From Candidatus Falkowbacteria bacterium (GTDB lineage Bacteria > Patescibacteriota > Patescibacteriia > CAIXNZ01): a DNA stretch of 64,000 bases. The notes under the pieces were generated by a model, which was not told the DNA's origin, made no database searches, and saw nothing but the letters and a program-made list of their open reading frames with translations. Both the position numbers and the translations under genes were made by a program. This document shows positions 45,136-56,500 of the stretch, in pieces. Location: positions 771 to 64,770 of the forward strand of contig CAVZGV010000003.1 of assembly GCA_963774955.1 (NCBI GenBank). The letters run 5' to 3'. The first letter of the stretch is position 1; every line of letters begins with the position of its first letter.

Positions 45136-46233
45136 ATGAAGGAGTCAGAATTAATTGTAAATATCAAGGAATTACAGCGGAAAATAAGTGAATCATGGAG
45201 TTTTTTGGAGATTGATCAGAAGCTTGCTGAAGTTGCCAAATTAGACAGCCAAATGAGCCGGTCTGATTTTTGGCAAGACCAGAATCAGGCCAAGTCTGTC
45301 AGTCAAAAGGCTAGTGATTTGAAAACTGAAATTACCACCTGGCAAAAGATTAAAAATGATGTGGAGGAACTTTTAGATATGGCGCAATTGGATGCCAAGG
45401 ATCAGTCAGTTGATTTGCGGGAGGAAATTGAAGCTAATTATGGAGCCTTGGAGAAGAAATTTAAAAATTTAGAATTTTTTCTTTTATTCAACGGTCCGCA
45501 TGATAAAGAAAATGCCATTTTGGCGATCCATGCCGGTACCGGCGGAGTTGACGCCATGGACTGGGCCCAAATGCTTTTGCGCATGTATCTTCGTTATTGT
45601 GATCAAAAAGGCTTTAAAACAGAAATTATTGATAAAATTACCGGGGCTGAGGCCGGGATAAAAAGCGTAGTCATAGAAGTTCGGGGCAGTTATGCTTTTG
45701 GCAATTTGAAATCAGAGCACGGTGTTCATCGTTTAGTTAGGATTTCACCGTTTGACGCTGAAGCTATGCGCCACACTTCTTTTGCCTTAGTAGAAGTGAT
45801 TCCGGAAATCGAGTCAGACCTTAAAATTGACATCAAACCTGAAGATTTGAAAATCGATACTTTTCGCGCTTCAGGCCATGGCGGTCAGAATGTGCAGAAA
45901 ACTGAAAGCGCGGTGCGCATTACCCATTTGCCGTCAAAAATTGTGGTTACCTGCCAGACTGAAAGATCCCAGGTGCAGAATAAGGAACGGGCCATGAAAA
46001 TTCTCAAATCTAAATTGCAGATACTGGCCGAGACTCACGCTGAAGCTGAGAAAAAACAATTGCGCGGTGAGTATTCGGAAGCCGTCTGGGGTAATCAGAT
46101 CCGTTCTTATGTTTTGCAGCCGTATCATCTGGTCAAAGATCACCGGACTGAATTTGAGGAAAGTGATGTGGATGGTGTTTTGGATGGTAAATTGGACGGA
46201 TTTGTAGAAGCATATTTAAAAAGCAAATCTTAA
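45136..46233 (+). CDS. prfB: Peptide chain release factor 2, uninterrupted with no programmed +1 frameshift.
   Basis: SPF tripeptide (UGA/UAA recognition) and GGQ (RASGHGGQNVQK); 365 aa. Confidence 0.85.
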   Translation: MKESELIVNIKELQRKISESWSFLEIDQKLAEVAKLDSQMSRSDFWQDQNQAKSVSQKASDLKTEITTWQKIKNDVEELLDMAQLDAKDQSVDLREEIEANYGALEKKFKNLEFFLLFNGPHDKENAILAIHAGTGGVDAMDWAQMLLRMYLRYCDQKGFKTEIIDKITGAEAGIKSVVIEVRGSYAFGNLKSEHGVHRLVRISPFDAEAMRHTSFALVEVIPEIESDLKIDIKPEDLKIDTFRASGHGGQNVQKTESAVRITHLPSKIVVTCQTERSQVQNKERAMKILKSKLQILAETHAEAEKKQLRGEYSEAVWGNQIRSYVLQPYHLVKDHRTEFEESDVDGVLDGKLDGFVEAYLKSKS

Positions 46234-46260
46234 AATATTTTACTATTTAATTTTAAAAGC

Positions 46261-46632
46261 ATGGATCAGCAAAACCAATACGCTCCAATGCCTGAGCCCG
46301 GTCAAGTCCAGCCAACTTTACCGCCAAAGAAAGCTCTTAAAAAATTAGGGCTAATTTTAATCATTGCACCATTCGCCGGCTTGATTGCTATATTAATACT
46401 TTATGCTGTGACATCTTTTATTTTACAGGCGTTTATGGCTGGTTCAGGTCCGGAGGTGGTAAATGGTGTCGTTGAATTATCAACCCAACCCAGCCTAGGA
46501 CTGACTATCGGCAAAATTATAACTGCTGTCTTGGGCTTTTTAGGTATAATCTGTGTTTTGGGAATTTTTACGGCATTTCCTGCTGGCATAATTTTATTAA
46601 TTATTGAGGCCGTGAGAAAAAATAAATCTTAA
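46261..46632 (+). CDS. Hypothetical polytopic membrane protein.
   Basis: 123 aa with three hydrophobic helices. Confidence 0.4.
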   Translation: MDQQNQYAPMPEPGQVQPTLPPKKALKKLGLILIIAPFAGLIAILILYAVTSFILQAFMAGSGPEVVNGVVELSTQPSLGLTIGKIITAVLGFLGIICVLGIFTAFPAGIILLIIEAVRKNKS

Positions 46633-46648
46633 ATTTAACAACAAAAAA

Positions 46649-47584
46649 ATGTTTTCCCAGGAAAAATATAAAATCTTAGTTACCGGCGGAGCCGGGTTTA
46701 TCGGTTCAAATTTAGTTGATGCTTTGATTGAGCGTGGGCATGAGGTTTTTATTATTGATAATTTATCCACCGGACAAAAGCAGAATATCAATCCGAAAGC
46801 CAAATTTTTTGAAATGGATATTCAGGCTCAGCAGGTCGAGGCTATATTTAAAGCCACTGCCTTTGATTATGTTTTTCATACGGCCGCTCAGATCAATGTA
46901 CGTAAATCAGTGGAAGATCCCATGGCTGATGCCCGCGCTAATATTTTGGGTGGTTTGAATATTTTGGAAAACTGCAAGAAATACAAAGTTAAGAAATTCA
47001 TCTTTTCTTCAACTGGCGGAGCTATTTATGGCGATGCCGAGGTTGTGCCGACACCGGAAACTTATCAGACCAAACCGATAAGTCCGTATGGTGTGGCCAA
47101 ATTGACTATTGAAAATTATCTGCATTATTATCAGCAGGTTTTTAATCTTAATTATACGGTTTTACGCTATGCTAATGTTTATGGTCCGCGGCAAAACAGC
47201 TTGGCTGAGGCCGGTGTCGTGGCAATTTTTATTACAAAAATACTTAAAGGTGAACAGCCGGTAATTAACGGCGAAGGCAACCAAACCCGCGATTATGTTT
47301 TTGTAGCTGATGTTGTCAGAGCCAATCTGGCAGCTATGGAACATGAGCCTATTGGTATTTATAATGTCGCCACTGAAAAACAAACAGATGTTAATCATTT
47401 GTTTCAGCTGATTACTGCTAATTTCCCTGATAAAAATATTGAGGCTAAGCACGGGCCAGCCATGCTGGGCGAACAAATGACCAGTTGCCTGGCTATAAGT
47501 AAAATTAAAAAAGATCTGGGCTGGCAGCCGGAAATTGAATTGGCCGGGGGTATTAAATTAACAGTTGATTGGTTTAAAAAATAA
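46649..47584 (+). CDS. NAD-dependent sugar epimerase (UDP-glucose 4-epimerase-like SDR).
   Basis: KILVTGGAGFIGSNL Rossmann motif and the YGVAK catalytic YxxxK. Confidence 0.75.
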   Translation: MFSQEKYKILVTGGAGFIGSNLVDALIERGHEVFIIDNLSTGQKQNINPKAKFFEMDIQAQQVEAIFKATAFDYVFHTAAQINVRKSVEDPMADARANILGGLNILENCKKYKVKKFIFSSTGGAIYGDAEVVPTPETYQTKPISPYGVAKLTIENYLHYYQQVFNLNYTVLRYANVYGPRQNSLAEAGVVAIFITKILKGEQPVINGEGNQTRDYVFVADVVRANLAAMEHEPIGIYNVATEKQTDVNHLFQLITANFPDKNIEAKHGPAMLGEQMTSCLAISKIKKDLGWQPEIELAGGIKLTVDWFKK

Positions 47585-47586
47585 TT

Positions 47587-48261
47587 ATGCAAAATAATAA
47601 AATCTGGATCGTGATTCCAGCCTACAATGAAGCTAAAAATATCGGCGGAGTAACTTCACTGTTAAAAGAAGTTACCACCAATATTGTAGTTGTTGATGAT
47701 TGTTCAGCTGACAATACTTTTGAAGTTGTAAATAATTCAGGTGTTTATTTGCTGCGCCATTTTATTAATCGGGGACAGGGTGCGGCTTTGCAGACAGGTA
47801 CAGAGTTTGCCTTAAGACAAGGCGCGGAAATAATTGTTCATTTTGACGCAGACGGTCAGATGCAGGTTAAAGATATTGCCAAAGTAATTGAGCCGATAAT
47901 TAAAGGCGAAGCTGAGATTGTTTTTGGCTCCAGACATTTAAACAAACAAAATAAAACTCCCTGGACAAAAAAATATTTTATCCATTATCCGGCGATAATT
48001 TTCAACTGGTTGTTTACGGGCGTTAAATTGACTGACGCGCACTGCGGCTTTCGCGCGCTTTCAAGAAAAGTAGCTGCGAAAATTGAAATTACCCAGGATG
48101 GCATGGCTCATGCCACGGAAATATTGGATTTGGTCCGGCAAAATGATTGTAAATACCAGGAAGTGCCGGTGGAAATTCTATACCATGAATATGGACAACG
48201 GTTTGGCAGTGGGTTGAGGATTATCCGTGATTTGCTCTTGGCAAAAATTTTGAGGAAATAA
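47587..48261 (+). CDS. Family-2 glycosyltransferase (polyprenyl-phosphate sugar synthase, DPM1/GtrB-like).
   Basis: IVIPAYNEAKNI...VVVDDCSADNT...DADGQ. Confidence 0.7.
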   Translation: MQNNKIWIVIPAYNEAKNIGGVTSLLKEVTTNIVVVDDCSADNTFEVVNNSGVYLLRHFINRGQGAALQTGTEFALRQGAEIIVHFDADGQMQVKDIAKVIEPIIKGEAEIVFGSRHLNKQNKTPWTKKYFIHYPAIIFNWLFTGVKLTDAHCGFRALSRKVAAKIEITQDGMAHATEILDLVRQNDCKYQEVPVEILYHEYGQRFGSGLRIIRDLLLAKILRK

Positions 48262-48409
48262 ATATTTTAAAATAACAAATAGCAAATTCTAAGCTCCAAA
48301 TAAAATACAAATCTCAAATTCCAAGCTCCAAACCTTTTTGTTATTTATTATATTGGGATTTGGGATTTATTTGATATTTGTGATTTGAAATTTGTAATTT
48401 ATCAACCAT

Positions 48410-48748
48410 ATGTTAATCAAAATCATTTTAATCATTTTTGTCCTGTTTGCGGTTATTAAAGTTGCTTTACGGTACAAAGATAAAAATATTTCTTTGCAGG
48501 AGTTTATGCTCTGGACAATTTTTTGGTTTATTACCGCCTTTTTAGTTTTATTTCCGGACGTGACCTCTTATGCGGCTAGTTTTGTCGGCGTGGGCAGGGG
48601 AGTTGATCTGGTAATTTACATCGCGATTCTAATTTTGTTTTACCTGATGTTTCGGGCTTTGGTTAAATTAGACAAAGTTGAAAAGGATGTGACTAAGGTG
48701 GTGAGGAAAGTGGCGCTGGAAGAAGGGGAAAAAGGGAAAGAGGAGTAA
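48410..48748 (+). CDS. Small membrane protein (DUF2304-like partner of the GT2 enzyme) with an EEGEKGKEE tail.
   Basis: 112 aa with hydrophobic helices, located directly after the GT2 gene. Confidence 0.4.
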   Translation: MLIKIILIIFVLFAVIKVALRYKDKNISLQEFMLWTIFWFITAFLVLFPDVTSYAASFVGVGRGVDLVIYIAILILFYLMFRALVKLDKVEKDVTKVVRKVALEEGEKGKEE

Positions 48749-48783
48749 AAGGGGGAAGAAGGGTTTTACGTCCGTTTATATTT

Positions 48784-49653
48784 ATGACAATTGATGAAAT
48801 AAAAAAATTAATAAACGATTCTGGTATTAAGCCCAGCAAAGGCAAGGGCCAGAATTTTTTAATTGACGATAATGTTTTGACAAAGATCGTAGCCACGGCC
48901 AATTTGAACGCTGAAGATTGTGTTTTGGAAATCGGGCCTGGCTTTGGCGTTTTGACTCAGGAGTTAATTAGGTCCAGTAAAAAAGTTTTAAGCGTGGAAT
49001 TAGACACTAAATTAATTTTTTATATCAAACGTAAATTTAAGGGCGTTAAAAATTGGGAACTGCTGGAAGGGGATATTTTGAAAATTAAAAATGAACTGTT
49101 GGCGCAAAAGTTAGATTCTACAAAGTATAAGCTGGTGGCCAATTTGCCCTATGCCATCACCAAACCGATCATCCAGAAGTTTTTAAATTATGAGCCCAAA
49201 CCCCAGGAACTGGTTATTTTAGTCCAAAAAGAAGTAGCCGAAAAAATTGTAGCTAAACCGGGGGAAATGAGTATTTTAAGCTTGTCAGTCCAGTATTATG
49301 GCCAGCCGCAAATTGCCGGGTTGGTTTCCCGTGACAGTTTTTTCCCCATACCTGCCGTAGATAGCGCTATTTTAAAAATCGTGTTGCGTCAGACAGTTAT
49401 TCCTTCTGAAATTAGCCAAATTTTAACACCAGACCAGGCCGCCAGTTTTCAGGAAAAAAGGTTCTGGCAACTGATAAAAATCGGTTTTTCTTCGCCGAGA
49501 AAACAGTTGCAAAATAATCTGGCCAATGGGTTTAAAGTTGCCAATACTGAGGTGAAAAATAGGCTGATCAAAGCCGGCTTAAAAGAGCTCTGCCGGCCCC
49601 AAGATTTAAGCCTGTCAGATTGGGCAAAGATTTATCAACAGTTTATGGCTTAA
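48784..49653 (+). CDS. rsmA: 16S rRNA (adenine1518/1519-N6)-dimethyltransferase.
   Basis: GQNFLIDDNVLTKIV...EIGPGFGVLTQ SAM-binding motifs; 289 aa. Confidence 0.8.
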   Translation: MTIDEIKKLINDSGIKPSKGKGQNFLIDDNVLTKIVATANLNAEDCVLEIGPGFGVLTQELIRSSKKVLSVELDTKLIFYIKRKFKGVKNWELLEGDILKIKNELLAQKLDSTKYKLVANLPYAITKPIIQKFLNYEPKPQELVILVQKEVAEKIVAKPGEMSILSLSVQYYGQPQIAGLVSRDSFFPIPAVDSAILKIVLRQTVIPSEISQILTPDQAASFQEKRFWQLIKIGFSSPRKQLQNNLANGFKVANTEVKNRLIKAGLKELCRPQDLSLSDWAKIYQQFMA

Positions 49654-49712
49654 CAGTTAATTTTGTGGTATAATTTATTTAAGCAATAGTTTTAATTAGA
49701 TTAGCTGAAAAA

Positions 49713-50495
49713 ATGCTACCAGGTGAAGAAAAAATTAAGGATTATTTAGAGGAAAAAACCGAAGCAATTGCCAATAAGATCGAAAAAACGCCCATGGAGA
49801 AATTTTTCGTGTTTTTTTTGATTTTAATTACCGTGGCTTCGGTAGTTTTGGGCTATATGCAATTCAAGCAAAACCTGGAATCACCCTTTTATCAATCACG
49901 TCAAAAAATCGTCAGAGCTGAAATCAAGGATAAATATAATATTAATTCGTTAAACTCCAATACTAATTTGCTTGATACTGAAGGTTTAAAAACAAAAGAC
50001 AGTGATCTGGACGGACTGGATGATTATAGTGAAATTTATATTTATGGCACCAATCCTTACCTGGAAGATACTGATAATGACGGTGTTTGGGATAAGCAGG
50101 AGATTATCAATGGTCAGAATCCCAATTGCGCTCAGGGTACAGATTGCGCGACAACCAGTCAGCAATTCAGCGCGGCAGAGAATATGCCTACTTTGGAAGA
50201 AATAATTCCGCCCATTCCAAGTTTTAATGAAAATTTAAATTTAAGCTACGGTGATAATTCAATGGGTTTGCAAAACGAAGATTTTCAGTCAATTATCAAT
50301 CAGCTGCAAAATCAGACTTTGACCCCCGAAGAAAAAGCTCAGGGCTTAGAGCAATTGAAAAATTTAACCCCGGCACAAATACGGGAACAATTAATCTCCA
50401 GCGGCTTTGATCCCGCTATGCTGGATGAGATTGATGATCAGACCTTACAGCAGGCGTTTATGGATCTGGTCAGCGCCTATTCTCAAAACCAATAA
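49713..50495 (+). CDS. Paralog H of the F/G family. It is a bitopic membrane protein with bacterial TSP3-type Ca-binding repeats and lies directly upstream of giant gene I.
   Basis: TM FFVFFLILITVASVVLGYM; repeats DSDLDGLDDYSEIYIYGTNP, DTDNDGVWDKQEIINGQNP. Confidence 0.6.
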   Translation: MLPGEEKIKDYLEEKTEAIANKIEKTPMEKFFVFFLILITVASVVLGYMQFKQNLESPFYQSRQKIVRAEIKDKYNINSLNSNTNLLDTEGLKTKDSDLDGLDDYSEIYIYGTNPYLEDTDNDGVWDKQEIINGQNPNCAQGTDCATTSQQFSAAENMPTLEEIIPPIPSFNENLNLSYGDNSMGLQNEDFQSIINQLQNQTLTPEEKAQGLEQLKNLTPAQIREQLISSGFDPAMLDEIDDQTLQQAFMDLVSAYSQNQ

Positions 50496-50524
50496 AAATA
50501 TAAATTAAAAATAAACAGGAACAT

Positions 50525-53500
50525 ATGTCTAAATCAGCGGAAACAAAATATTCCCAAACCACAATTTCAATTTTTGTTTTAGGTTTGGTTCTGACTTTTA
50601 TTTGCGGTGTTGTATTTTTTCTACCTCAGCCGGTTTTGGCTGTGCCGGTAATCCCTGCGACCGGCACCATGCCGTCTACTGACACATTTTTGAATTTGAC
50701 CCAGGCCAATTATTCGGTAAGTGAAGCCGCAAAATTTACTTTTCTACAATCATTGGATGAAACCACGGCATATTTTTTTAATACAGCTTTGGCTTCAGTT
50801 TTAAATGATATTGCCAGGCAATCAGCCACTTGGATCGCCACTGGCGGTGCCGGCCAAAAACCTCAATTTTTAACTGATCCGCATTACTGGGCCAAGACCT
50901 ATGATGCCCAATTGGGCGGTTTGATCCAAACAGCCCTGCAAAGATGGCTGCCTTTTAATATTTGTGATTTTGATCCTAAACTGGCTATCAACCTTACGTT
51001 GTCCAATCCTTTTACCCTACCGCCTGAATCAGAAGGCCAAGTGCCGGGTAATCCTGGTAAAACCTGTAGCTGGACGGAATTGCGTGATAAATGGACGGCT
51101 TTTTTTGCTGATCCTTTGAAAACTTTTCAGTTCAATTTGAGTCAGGGTTCTGGCAGTCTGGGTTCTCGAACTACTGATTTAAATACCATGGTTTTGGATA
51201 ATTCAATTCTGGGTAAATGGGACCAAAGATTTTGTAATAGCAGTCAGCCGGCGCCGGTCACGGCTTGCGATAATAAAAGTTTTGTCTCTGCTGATTATTG
51301 CCCGGCAGTAAGTCCCGGCGGAACTCAAGTTTTAACTACTTTGTATGCTACTCCGCTGACGACTCAGGATATAATTTGTACTCAAGAAAAAGAAATTCAA
51401 AAATTTCTTGGAGAGTATGTTAAAAATATTAATGATTTAATGGAGGCTTTGCGTTTTGATCTGGATTTCGCAGTAAATTGTAAACAAACTGCAGCCGGTA
51501 TCTCCGGTCAAATGAAAATCTGGAAATTATTGCAGGAGAAGGGACTTAGCGAAACTTATAGTATAACCAGTTTTGATTGCAGTCTTAATGAATTCGGAGA
51601 AGAACAGGTTGCGGAAGTCGGTAGGGCCTATCAGCAGGTTATTGAGTTATTCCGCGGGACTGAAAACGAAGGCATAAAATTCAATATGAGCAATCTGAGG
51701 AAATGCGCTTATGGTAATTATGACAAATTAGCTACGTGTCCGGCAATTTCAGGCGCGGGCACTTCCAGCCAATGGAAAACGCTGGTTGAACAGCTGGGTA
51801 TTAAGCCTTGGGATGATATAGATTTAGCCCCCATTCAATTGGCATATGCCGAACAATTTGAAAAAGATTTTTGCGCGGTGGCCTCAAATCAGGCAGCTTA
51901 TTGCCCGCCAAGCCCGGCTGACACCAACAGCTTAGATAATATAAAAACTGTGCAAATCCCTAATTATGTTGAAGGCAGGTACAAATCCATTTATTATACC
52001 CAGGTTAAAGAAAAGACTGATTATGTAATTAAAATCATTGAGACCATGGATAGTTATTACGGTGAAATAAGCAGGGAAGTGGCCAAGAATTTTGCGCCCT
52101 CAAATTGGGCTGATGCGGCTGCGTATGATGCTGGTATGGCCAAAGAGTATTTCAGTGATGTCAAAGAAACTCAGACACTTGATTATGTGACCAAGACCAT
52201 TGCCAATCAGGGCATTGGTGGTTACGTTTCATCTTTATTGCAATCAGGTCTGGATAACGGCTGGGTGGGGCAGACTGAAACAATTTCCGGTAAAAGAAAA
52301 AGTCCGCCGTCATTAGTGGAAAATCAGGCTAAAGAATCAATGACCACAACCTATAAGGAACAGGTAAAAAGTTATACCAAAAATGTTTTAGCTGATGCCT
52401 GGGCTATTTTTCAGGCCACTTTATTCGATGAATTAACCAAGAATCTACTGGCCAATCTTTTTTCCAGCAAGACTCAGTCCCAAGCAAGAAATCAAGCTAA
52501 TGTCGTGAAAAAAAGCGCCACTGAAGTTTTGCCGATTAAAACGCTGAGTCCTTATGAACAGGAAATCAATACTGCCGAAGGTTTTGCTGATTATGCCCAA
52601 AAAACCGTGGAAAAATATGCTGCCAAAATCGCTTCAGGGGCTGATTTAAATCTGCTTTTGGATTTTCAGATGACGACTGCCAATACAGCTAATCCCAATT
52701 TATATAACGGAGTTATTGATAAGAACTTTGTTCAGGCGATTAACCAAAAAATGACTATTGGCGAAGCCATGGCTGACGGTAAATTAGTGGCTAACCGTAA
52801 ATTTTCTTGGGATGGAGAGCTTGCAGATAATACTTATAGTTTGGATAATATTAAAAAATTAAGAAAGGCGCGGGTGGTTCCCTTGGGTCTGGAATTAGCC
52901 ATAGAACTTATTCGTGATTGTAAATACAGACAAGGTCTGGGGTTGGGCGATTTTAGTGATATTAATTTTAACGGCGGTAATCCTGATGGCTTTAATGATC
53001 CGTTGCAGCCGTTTAAAACTCAAAGGCTGCAAAATTGTATATTTAGAATTCCAAATAGCGTAGAGACGGAACAATTAGCTAAGGACTATAATAGTCAAAA
53101 ACTTAATCAGGTAATTGAGGCCAATCTGGATGATGTTGTCAATGGCTTTAATCAGGTCGGTTCCGGAATTTGCGGTGATTTTGATTTTGGGGAATCACCA
53201 TTCTGTAATTTGGTTGATCCTAACTGGGTGCTGAAAATTCCGCCCACTCGCTGCGGTTTGAAATCAGACACGCCGTTATGGGGAGAAGTGATTCAAAGTA
53301 ATGAATCCGGTCAGCGTTATGATTATTGCCCGGATTTTATGAGTTGTCTGGAAGAAGACGGTAAGGGCGGTTGTATTAATGATCGTTACGGCTATTGCGT
53401 CAAAGAACAAAATCTCTGGCAGTTTGGTTCCGGTTATTGCCCGGCTGCTTTTACCAGCTGTAAAAATTATACTTTAGTTACTTCAGCCGGTGATTTGCCC

Positions 53501-56500
53501 GTTTCCTATCTGAAAAACACTTTGTCAGGCAATGATATTTGCGGGCCAAATAACGCAGGCTGTTTGTGGTATTCCAGTAAATATGCCGGCGGCTTTTGGA
53601 ACAGCGACCAGAGAATTTATTTAAATCGTTATGTTGCAAGTTGTGACCGTACCGCTGCCGGCTGTACTGCCATGTCTTTATATCGCGATCCGGCTAACAA
53701 TCTGGTGCCTGATTCTTCGTTTGAATACACTAAAGCTAATTCTTTCCCGGCTAATTGGGAGTTATATTTAAAGCAGGATATAACCGCCCAGGCGTCTCCG
53801 ACTTGTGCGGGTACAAATTATGCCAGCTGTTCCAATTATAATTATGCTTTATTGCCGGCAACTACGCAGACTGATGTAACTATCAATCAGCTTGCATGTC
53901 TGGACAATGGCGGTACCTGGGAGAATATCTGTTCTGACACAACGAAAGTTACGGAACAGGAATGTACTGATGCCGGAGGAGTTTGGGGCAATAGATGTTC
54001 AAACGCTTCTAAGATTGTTGATCTGGCTGACTTGGCCGGAGAAAAAACTGATTGCATTGCTAGGGAGGGCACTTTTAAACAGTATTGTTTAACCAGTATT
54101 TTAAAATATGATTTATGTTCAAACCCTCAGTTCAATGATATTGAGGGTGGGGATTCTGCTCAGGTGCAATGCGAAGGTCATGGTGGTACCTGGAAAACCG
54201 AGTGCCAGACAGAAGCCGGGATTATACCTGAATTAAGCGCCAGTGGGATGCAGGCTGACTGCCAATCTGTCCTCAACGGCGGTAGTTGGCGTGAATATTG
54301 TCAGGGCGCATTACTATATGGTTCCAGCCGTGACCAGTGCTTGAAGCTGCAGGGTGAGTGGCGTGGTTATGGTCCTTTTAGCGATGTAGCTAAAGTCAAT
54401 AGTGACGCTATTTTAACTTTGGACGGTGCTAATAAATTAGAAATCGATATAAGCGGCTTAACAGCTGATCAGCAATTACAGCTTATGTACCGCAGCCAAT
54501 TTCAGGAATTGAATAAGAGTTTAACTAAAGCAGGTGATGTGTATACAGCGACTGCTTATTTACGGGCCAGCCATTCGCTTTATCAGCCAATAACTTTCAG
54601 TTTGTCCAAGACTCCGCCGACTGAATTAAACAGTCAAAATGTTGTTTTATATGATAATAATATTCAGGCTTCCAGTACGCTGGTGACCACAACCTCTGGC
54701 ACAGAATTGGATTTAACTATTACTTTGCCGGGTAATGAGGGCGCCGGCAGTAAAATTTATCTGGACGCGGTTGATCTGTATTTAAATACGGTTGATCAGG
54801 TTACTAATAATGATTTTGTCAGATTAAGTTCTAATTATGACAATAATAGCAAAGTATATTATAAAATACCGCCGCAAAGTCTGGCTTGTCGGGGTTATGG
54901 ACCGGGTGATCCACCCCCTGTGCTTAAAGGGTTAACCAATAGCACTATGTGTAACGGTTATTGGGATGAAAGTGGTATTTTTACGGGCATTAAAAATATT
55001 TGTTATAAATATGGACCTGATAATGATGCTTGTAATGATTATACGAAAGTCTGCGAGGCTGAAGAGGTAGGTTGTCAGCTGTACAATCCTCAAAATAATG
55101 ATCCTGAAGTCCCGGGCGTTATTGCGACCACTGATTTTTGTCCGGCTGAATGTGTCGGTTATAATACCTATACTCAGGAGCCGACTTTGTACGATCCCAA
55201 GCCAGAGCCTTTATATAATTACTTTATTCCTCAAACAGCCAGTGCCTGCAGTGTTGACCAGGTTGGCTGTACTCAATTTACGAATTTGGATGCAGCGACT
55301 ATTGGCGGGGAAACCGTTCAGTATTTCACTTATCTCAAACAATGTATCAAACCGAACCTGGGGCTGGGTGAAAAATTCTTCTATTCCTGGCCGGGTTTGG
55401 ATCGTCCGCTTGATCCTTCTCAGATCATAAAATATGAATTTCAGGCAGATTCAAACGGTGCTCCCAAGCTTTTTGATGATTTGACTTATACTGATGATTT
55501 GCAGAAAGATTGTCGTTCTTCTTTGGGTAGTGCTGATTTGTATTGCGTTAAATTTTATGATGATAACGGTATAATTTATTATCGTGATATCCGCAGGGTA
55601 ATCTCGGTTTCAGCGAATTGTCATCCATATTTAAAGAGTTTACAGGCTAATGCTTCAGCTGAACGGCTGATAATTGAGCAGAAAAATTGCACCATAACTA
55701 ATGGCCGCTGGCAGGCAGTCGGAGGTCAGGATGGCTGTGTTTATGACGCCATTCCCAATGAAGGGCTTCAATGTCAGGCGGCAAATAATGGCTGTCGGGC
55801 TTATATCGGCAATCGCGGCAATAATGTTTATGTTACTTTGTTTGATACTTTTGAAGATACCGATTCTTTAGACTGGTATTCTGGGGAGACCGGTTTGACA
55901 ACTTCTGGGCTGACCAGATCAGGTGAATCAGTGGCGGTTGGCGGTCATTCCATGCAGGTAGCAGCAGGCGTCAGTATCATTCATAACTATATTGATATTG
56001 AGAAGGGCGAGGTTTATACTTTGTCTTTCTGGGGTAAAACTTCGGATCCGGCCGGCAATGTTTTAGAAATTAAATTCAGCGGCGCACCTGCTGATCAGGC
56101 CTTTGCGACCATTGTTTCTCAGAAAGTCAGACTGACTTCAGACTGGAAAAATTATATAATAGGTCCGGTTAATATTACCTGGGATGGCTTGGAAAATAAT
56201 AGTTTAATATTTAACGGTATTAACGGCCAGATTAATCTCGACAATATTTTGCTTCGGGTTGTTCGTGATAATGTTTATGTGGTTAAAGACAGCTGGGTAA
56301 CGCCGACAAGTTGTGATCGTAATATTTACGGCCGGATTGAACCGCAAAATCCTCATCCAATGCTTGGCTGTCAGGCTTATGCCGATCCTTATTCCAGAAT
56401 TTATAATTTGAAATCGTTCAGCAGTTTATGTCGAAATAGCGTGGTTGGCTGTGAGCTTTTATTTGATACTAAAAATTCTCAAAATCCTAATAGTCAGAAA

